Part shown: positions 26,515 through 32,000 of the stretch, piece by piece
Numbering within the stretch: position 1 is the stretch's first letter
Layout of the letters: each line of letters starts with the position of its first letter
NCBI GenBank assembly: GCA_965262115.1
Contig: OZ253496.1
Span: 1,315,175 to 1,347,174 of the forward strand
Reading direction: 5' to 3'
Length of the DNA stretch: 32,000 bases
Source: Nitrospinales bacterium
GTDB lineage: Bacteria > Nitrospinota > Nitrospinia > Nitrospinales > VA-1
The notes under the pieces: generated by a model
Seen by the model: the letters and a program-made list of their open reading frames with translations, nothing else
What the model was told of the DNA's origin: nothing
Database searches by the model: none
Made by a program: the position numbers and the translations under genes

Positions 26515-27349
26515 TCAGAGTCCTCGCCAACACCACTCTGTCATAACCGGAGTAATCCTGAACCACCTGAATGTCCTGATAGCTGCCTTCCATTAAAGCG
26601 ACCACGACTGCGGCTTGGGTGTGCCCGACCTCCAATGCCAGCAAACCATTTTCTTCCAGTTTTTCCCATGCCATCGGAACGATGAAGCGGTAATAGTCCA
26701 AACCATCTCTGCCTCCATCCAAAGCCTCGATCGGTTCAAATTGCCGAACCTCGGGCATACACTTTGACACGTTTTCCGATTCAATATAGGGAGGGTTGGA
26801 AACAATAAGGTGATACGGCCCTTGCCAGTCGACCTTCATAAGATCACCGGATACAAAGCGGACCTGATCTACCACAGCATGCCGCAAGGCATTTTTCCTG
26901 GCGACCTGTAAGTCCGACTTTTCAATCGCCGTGATTTGGCTTTGGGGAATTTCTTTTGCTAAAACAATCGCGAGAATTCCTGACCCGGTACCAAGATCCA
27001 AAATTTTAACCGGTGATGTTTTCGAAAATGCTTTCAAACATTGTTCAACCAGGATTTCTGTTTCCGGCCGGGGTGTCAGAACTTTTTCATTCACTGCAAA
27101 CTCGAGCGACCAGAATTCTTGAACTCCAGTAATGTGAGAAACCGGCTCGCGCAGAACTCTTCTCTCGATTCTTGAACAAAAATTTTTCGCCTCGATGCGG
27201 TTCAATATCCGTTCAGGATACGTCATCAATTCCGTTCGCGAGATATCAAGGCTCTGTGCCATCAAGACTTCGGCATCCAACCAGGGCGATGCCACCCCTG
27301 AAAGTTTGCGCTGAGCCCAAGCGAGAAAAGAGATGAGGGTTTGGTCCAT
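26507..27349 (-). CDS. prmC: Peptide chain release factor N(5)-glutamine methyltransferase
   Basis: ORF (open to 27373) with REPVSHITGVQEFWSLEFAVNEKVLTPRPETEILVE...ILDLGTGSGILAIVLAKE...LIVSNPPYI; adjacent to prfA. Confidence 0.95.
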   Translation of the reverse strand: MDQTLISFLAWAQRKLSGVASPWLDAEVLMAQSLDISRTELMTYPERILNRIEAKNFCSRIERRVLREPVSHITGVQEFWSLEFAVNEKVLTPRPETEILVEQCLKAFSKTSPVKILDLGTGSGILAIVLAKEIPQSQITAIEKSDLQVARKNALRHAVVDQVRFVSGDLMKVDWQGPYHLIVSNPPYIESENVSKCMPEVRQFEPIEALDGGRDGLDYYRFIVPMAWEKLEENGLLALEVGHTQAAVVVALMEGSYQDIQVVQDYSGYDRVVLARTLNG

Positions 27350-27374
27350 TTTTATCTCCTCAAGAACCTCCACC

Positions 27375-28439
27375 TTATTCTCCTTTCAGAGCTTGCGTCT
27401 GGAAGTGAAGCGTTAACGCATCAAGAATCTCAACGAGGTCTCCCTCCATCACTAAAGACAGCTTATGCAGGGTTAGACCGATTCTATGGTCGGTCACTCG
27501 CTCCTGAGGGTAATTATAGGTGCGAATGCGTCCACTACGGTCACCGGTACCCACCTGCTGCTTGCGGTCACTGGCCATGGATTCCTGCTGCTTTCTTTGT
27601 TCCTCATCATATAACCGGGCTCTTAAAACTTTCATGGCTTTTTCCCGGTTCTTATGTTGTGATTTTTCATCCTGACAGGTCACTATCATTCCGGTAGGGA
27701 TGTAAGTCAAGCGGACCGCCGAATCTGTCGTGTTGACACTCTGTCCACCCGGCCCGGATGAACGGTAGACATCGATTTTTATATCCGCCGGATTAATTTT
27801 GATATCCACGTCCTCCACCTCTGGCAAAACCGCAACTGTCACCGCAGAGGTATGAATGCGTCCCTGACTTTCTGTATCCGGAACCCGTTGCACCCGATGA
27901 GTGCCTCCTTCATATTTCAGTTTGCTATAAACCCCTTTTCCCGAAATGCTGAAAATGATTTCTTTGAATCCGCCTTTGCCAGTCAGGCTGGAACTTAAAA
28001 TTTCCACCGGCCATTTTTTCTCCTCGGCGTATCTCGAATACATGCGGAACAAGTCGTTTGAAAAAAGTGCCGCCTCTTCGCCCCCTGTACCGGCACGAAT
28101 CTCCACGATAACGTTGCGTTCATCGCGGGGATCTTTAGGAAGCAAAAGAATTTTTAGATCCTCTACCGCTTTCTGCTTTTGAGTCTCCAGATCAGCCATG
28201 TCTTCCTGGGCCATTTCCATCAACTCCGGATCTTGCTCTTCATCCAGGATTTTTTTACTCTCTTCCAACTGTCGGCTGATCTTCTGCCACTCTTGAAACC
28301 GGTGGACGATGGGACTCAGTTCAGATTGCTCCCGGGCATACTTCTGGAACTCGGACTGCTGGGAAATGATTTTGGGATCACTGAGCAACTGGTTAAGATC
28401 GTTAGAACGTTTCTCAACCGATTTCAACTTATCAAACAT
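27375..28439 (-). CDS. prfA: Peptide chain release factor 1
   Basis: 354-aa ORF with [27 protein letters not shown]...[39 protein letters not shown]...[28 protein letters not shown]. Confidence 0.97.
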   Translation of the reverse strand: MFDKLKSVEKRSNDLNQLLSDPKIISQQSEFQKYAREQSELSPIVHRFQEWQKISRQLEESKKILDEEQDPELMEMAQEDMADLETQKQKAVEDLKILLLPKDPRDERNVIVEIRAGTGGEEAALFSNDLFRMYSRYAEEKKWPVEILSSSLTGKGGFKEIIFSISGKGVYSKLKYEGGTHRVQRVPDTESQGRIHTSAVTVAVLPEVEDVDIKINPADIKIDVYRSSGPGGQSVNTTDSAVRLTYIPTGMIVTCQDEKSQHKNREKAMKVLRARLYDEEQRKQQESMASDRKQQVGTGDRSGRIRTYNYPQERVTDHRIGLTLHKLSLVMEGDLVEILDALTLHFQTQALKGE

Positions 28440-28498
28440 GGGTGGTTTCTAGAAAATCCCGGGAGGGATCCGGAGAAGGAAAAAGAAGACAAACGCGC

Positions 28499-28735
28499 TT
28501 ATTGGTGACTGGGTGATTCTTGGTTGCCGGCAGGCTTCGCCTTGGCGTATTTGCGTTTGAATTTTTCAATGCGACCAGCAGTATCCATGAGCTTCTGTTT
28601 TCCCGTGAAAAAGGGATGACATGTGGAACAAATCTCCACATGAAGGTCTTTCAGAGTTGTACGGGTCTGCACATCGCTTCCACATGCACACCGCACCAAG
28701 GTCTCATAATATTCAGGATGAATACTGTCTTTCAT
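28499..28735 (-). CDS. rpmE: 50S ribosomal protein L31
   Basis: 78-aa [66 protein letters not shown]. Confidence 0.97.
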   Translation of the reverse strand: MKDSIHPEYYETLVRCACGSDVQTRTTLKDLHVEICSTCHPFFTGKQKLMDTAGRIEKFKRKYAKAKPAGNQESPSHQ

Positions 28736-28745
28736 TATCTCACCG

Positions 28746-30005
28746 TCAGGAGTTCATAGTCGCCATAAATTCGGCATTGGTTTTGGTTTCTTTAATCTTC
28801 TGTAAGAGAAGATCCATCGTATCATGGATGCCCATAGGGAGCAAAACTTTTCTCAATAACCAGACACGCTGGAGGTCTTCTTCGGGCAACAGAAGCTCTT
28901 CTTTTCGGGTTCCAGAGCGGTTGATATCGATCGAAGGAAAGGTTCTCTTGTCTGCCAGTTTGCGATCGAGAACAATTTCCAGGTTACCCGTTCCTTTAAA
29001 TTCTTCGAAAATAACGTCGTCCATGCGGCTTCCCGTGTCAATAAGCGCTGTAGCGATGATGGTCAGGCTTCCGCCTTCCTCCAGATTTCGGGCCGCACCA
29101 AAAAATCGCTTGGGCCTCTGCAGGGCATTGGAATCCACACCACCCGACAAGACCTTGCCGCTGGGAGGAACAATGGCGTTGTAAGCTCGTGCCAAACGGG
29201 TGATGCTGTCAAGCAGAATGACCACATCTCGCTTGTGCTCTACGAGCCGTTTGGCTTTTTCAATGACCATTTCAGCAACCTGCACATGCCTTTGCGCCGG
29301 CTCGTCAAAAGTGGAACTGATGACCTCGCCCTTAACGGAACGTTCCATATCAGTCACTTCTTCCGGACGCTCGTCAATGAGCAAAACAATCAATGCGATT
29401 TCCGGGAAATTGGTACTGATGCTGTTGGCAATGGACTGCAGCAACATGGTTTTTCCGGTTCTCGGAGGGGCCACGATCAACCCGCGCTGGCCCTTGCCGA
29501 TGGGGGTCATCAGGTCCATGACCCGGGCACTATAGTCTTTGCCACCTGGCGTCTCCAGCCGGATCCGCTCTTCGGGATACAACGGCGTCAGGTTGTCGAA
29601 TAAAATTTTGTCCTTGGTCCTATCCGGATTCTCAAAGTTGATCGCCTCCACCTTCAACAGGGCGAAATAACGCTCGCTGTCTTTGGGCGGACGAATCTGC
29701 CCGGAAATGGTATCACCGGTACGCATATCAAATTTGCGAATCTGCGAGGGCGACACATAAATATCATCAGGACCCGGAAGATAGTTGTAAGTCGGCGCCC
29801 GCAGGAAACCAAACCCATCGGGGAGAATTTCCAGCACCCCCTGTCCAAACATCAGACCATCCTTTTCAGTCTTGGCTTCCAGAATCCTGAAAATCAGGTC
29901 CTGTTTTCTAAGCCCGCTATGGCCCTGAATCTTCAGATCCTTGGCGATATTGGTGAGTTCGGATATGGTTTTAGACTTGAGTTCTTCTATGTTCATCTGG
30001 GTCAT
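28746..30005 (-). CDS. rho: Transcription termination factor Rho
   Basis: 419-aa ORF with [21 protein letters not shown]...[55 protein letters not shown]...[13 protein letters not shown]...[24 protein letters not shown]-like. Confidence 0.98.
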   Translation of the reverse strand: MTQMNIEELKSKTISELTNIAKDLKIQGHSGLRKQDLIFRILEAKTEKDGLMFGQGVLEILPDGFGFLRAPTYNYLPGPDDIYVSPSQIRKFDMRTGDTISGQIRPPKDSERYFALLKVEAINFENPDRTKDKILFDNLTPLYPEERIRLETPGGKDYSARVMDLMTPIGKGQRGLIVAPPRTGKTMLLQSIANSISTNFPEIALIVLLIDERPEEVTDMERSVKGEVISSTFDEPAQRHVQVAEMVIEKAKRLVEHKRDVVILLDSITRLARAYNAIVPPSGKVLSGGVDSNALQRPKRFFGAARNLEEGGSLTIIATALIDTGSRMDDVIFEEFKGTGNLEIVLDRKLADKRTFPSIDINRSGTRKEELLLPEEDLQRVWLLRKVLLPMGIHDTMDLLLQKIKETKTNAEFMATMNS

Positions 30006-30434
30006 GGTTTGTGGCTTCGTTGAGGGAGATTAGGAATGCTTGTCTCGTAAATAGTTACGCCCTTGGAATGATGCTCAGGTTCAAAGACGGGGAAGATTCA
30101 ATAATAGTTGGGTGTTTTATAAGATTGCAGAGTTTGTTCTATGATTAACGGCGAAAGCACGAAAAAATTTAGCTGGATAATTAATTGGTTTTATCAGGGA
30201 TTTTGTCTTGGGAGCTTTCGGGGCTTATCCACTGTATCCAGTTCTCTACTTTTTGTCAACTTCTTTTATCCGCAAATTTCTATCCCCTCGGGGCGACCCA
30301 TATTGCGGACTTCCAGCCCTTCCAAAACGCAAGTCAGATATTAGCAAACCTGATCGAGGTGGCATGGGAGGTCCAAACAAAGCAGCTGACTGGGGTTTTT
30401 ACTACCCTATATTTTCGTTTTTTATTCGTCTTGC

Positions 30435-30740
30435 ATGTCCGCTAACAATTATTCCTATATGGCTAGCGCCACCATGCCAGGCTCAGTGGGTAATAGCCTC
30501 TTAAAAAATTATCCAATGCCTGAATCATCAAAATCATTGCTTATATCTTCAAAAGAGTTTGAACCGGCTTACATGAAATTGTTCCGTACCGGCGAGTTGT
30601 ACCGCCGGTCCCGGCAGGCTCTGCGCCATCTGGAAAACTGCAAGGTGTGTCCGAGAGATTGCGAAGTCAATCGCCTTGAAGATATCGATACGGGTGTCTG
30701 GGGAGATTTTCCGGGTCAGATAGGCCATGCTCCGTATCCT
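30435..30740 (+). pseudogene. Truncated N-terminus of a PflA/PflX-like radical SAM activating protein
   Basis: ORF 30435..31013 begins with FEPAYMKLFRTGELYRRSRQALRHLENCKVCPRDCEVNRLEDIDTGVWG, the N-terminal CxxC pattern of this family. The CxxxCxxC radical SAM motif never appears and the remainder runs into a repeat. Confidence 0.65.
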
Positions 30741-30859
30741 CCCTTTCCCCGAAATAGTGAGCGAGAAAAAATATGGCGAGATCAACCGTCGCCCCACTTC
30801 CAGCGAGATAGTCACTGCCAAGACCACCGCCTGCCAAAAAGGCCTGCACCGCTTCGACC

Positions 30860-31110
30860 AGCGCTCGCCAGCATGACGCTGGCCGGGCCTCGCCGGGTGG
30901 AAGCCTTTAAACCGCTGCCAACCATTCATCTCGGCTTGATGAACCATTGCCTTGCCTCCCCTGCTAAGCGGTGTAGCCACCGCTTGGAAATTGCAATGGC
31001 CCTTTACTGCTAGCAGCCCCGCGTTCTCGGCTCAACAGCCTATTGCTGTCTGCCCTCACGGCGAGTGATGGGTTGACTCTGCGGAGTCAACAAGGCAAAA
31101 TAGCCGTTGA
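30860..31110 (+). repeat. Intergenic repeat family, copy 3
   Basis: CCGGGCCTCGCCGGGTGGAAGCCTT, perfect hairpin AAGCGGTG-TAGC-CACCGCTT (30966-30985), GGAAATTGCAATGGCCCTTTA, then CGTTCTCGGCTCAACAGCCTATTGCTGTCTGCCCTCACGGCGAGTG. Confidence 0.65.
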
Positions 31111-31179
31111 TAGAATCTCCCTGAAAACCGGATTCACTTCTCTCCAAAAATTTATTCTTAACCCAGTAAGGATGTATTC

Positions 31180-31599
31180 ATGGCAAACAAGACAAAGAGC
31201 AAACGAGACGACACCAGCCAGTGCGAAAAATGCCTTCCGGCTTATTGTTGTAATTATTTTGCGTTTGGAATTGATGAACCTGAGGACCGGCGTGAGTATG
31301 AAAGTTTATTGTGGAAGCTCGCGCACGAAAATGTTTCTATTTATATCTATCGAAAAGACTGGTACATCATGATCCACAACCGCTGCAATTTTTTAATGCC
31401 GGATAACAAGTGCGCTATCTACGAGCACCGGCCTTATATGTGCCGCGAACACAGTACGGAATCATGCGAATACACTGGCGACGATTACGGCTTCACCGAG
31501 CACTTCAAGAGTTATGACGACCTTTTGATTTATATCAAGGAAAATACCAACTTCAGGTTTAAGCAGGGACCCACAGGAGTGCCGCCAAACTGCTTGTAA
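31180..31599 (+). CDS. YkgJ-like cysteine-cluster protein
   Basis: 139-aa ORF with CEKCLPAYCCNYFAFGID...CNFLMPDNKCAIYEHRPYMCREH; Cys spacing as in YkgJ/UPF0153-type Zn/Fe-chelating proteins. Confidence 0.8.
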   Translation: MANKTKSKRDDTSQCEKCLPAYCCNYFAFGIDEPEDRREYESLLWKLAHENVSIYIYRKDWYIMIHNRCNFLMPDNKCAIYEHRPYMCREHSTESCEYTGDDYGFTEHFKSYDDLLIYIKENTNFRFKQGPTGVPPNCL

Positions 31600-31604
31600 T
31601 CAGC

Positions 31605-31730
31605 TGACGTTGTCCGGGCCTCGCCCGGGGTGGAAGCCTTCTACTGCGGGCAATCGTGGGGGGTCAGCCACCGCGGGCAGGTTGCAATGTGTTGATCTTA
31701 CCCCTTCTACCCGTTCCGGGCATAAAGTCA
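31605..31730 (+). repeat. Intergenic repeat family, copy 4
   Basis: TCCGGGCCTCGCCCGGGGTGGAAGCCTT, CAGCCACCGCGGGCAGGTTGCAATG; matches copy 3 in order of blocks. Confidence 0.55.
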
Positions 31731-31796
31731 GTGGAGAAATATCACAGGCTCATGAAATTTATGGAAGGGATATCACAGCCCGGCGCCAAGTGGGGA

Positions 31797-32000
31797 TTAC
31801 TTCTTTTCTTTGGGCTTGTCTTTTTTAGCGGTTGCTTTTTTGGCCGTTCCTTTTTTGGGTTCGGCTTTCTTTTTATCCGTCACTTTTGGTTGGGTGTCTT
31901 TCGCTGCTTTTTTCGGCGCGGCTTTGGCAGGAGGCTTTACCTCGCCTTCGCGGTCTACCAGCTCGATAAAGGCCATGGGCGCATCATCTCCCTTGCGGTG
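31797..32000 (-). CDS. rplQ: 50S ribosomal protein L17, 3' end only (runs off window)
   Basis: Reverse-strand open frame ending in TAA at 31797: ...HRKGDDAPMAFIELVDREGEVKPPAKAAPKKAAKDTQPKVTDKKKAEPKKGTAKKATAKKDKPKEKK*; RKGDxAPMAxIELV is the L17 C-terminal motif. Not in the supplied ORF track. Confidence 0.88.
   Translation of the reverse strand, partial: HRKGDDAPMAFIELVDREGEVKPPAKAAPKKAAKDTQPKVTDKKKAEPKKGTAKKATAKKDKPKEKK

Noticed and set aside
5960-29603. Many long antisense ORFs (e.g. 6272-6853, 25349-25627, 28621-29184, 29235-29603)
   Set aside because: They lie opposite well-supported conserved genes and show no recognisable protein motifs; shadow ORFs.

Overview
The 32 kb window is a gene-dense, mostly housekeeping bacterial chromosome segment. 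Supported genes: crcB/fluC, DUF190, tRNA-Arg(TCT), a cold-shock gene, trmL, hflX, a pcrA/uvrD helicase, hemH, hemE, queG, a histone-deacetylase-like gene, heptosyltransferase II, murA, prmC, prfA, rpmE, rho, and the 3' end of rplQ at the right edge. The most interesting accessory content is: (1) a B12-binding radical SAM protein that closely resembles the 'RiPP maturation radical SAM protein 1' family. It is followed by a PPOX-fold flavoprotein-like gene, a frameshifted remnant of a CobW C-terminal domain and a broken pentapeptide-repeat gene, with no recognisable precursor peptide; (2) a two-domain GIY-YIG protein on an approximately 1.1 kb insert immediately 3' of hflX. The insert is bounded by an exact 46-bp direct repeat of the hflX 3' end; (3) a family of diverged, hairpin-containing intergenic repeats (about 16.64, 20.6, 30.9 and 31.65 kb, possibly 18.75 kb) sharing an '(hairpin)-AAATTGCAAT' core. 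One copy sits where a PflX-like radical SAM gene has lost its body; (4) several genes split by single in-frame stops or frameshifts (helicase, glycosyltransferase, pentapeptide protein, CobW remnant), which are either real decay or assembly error. All family assignments are from recognition of sequence motifs; no database search was run.
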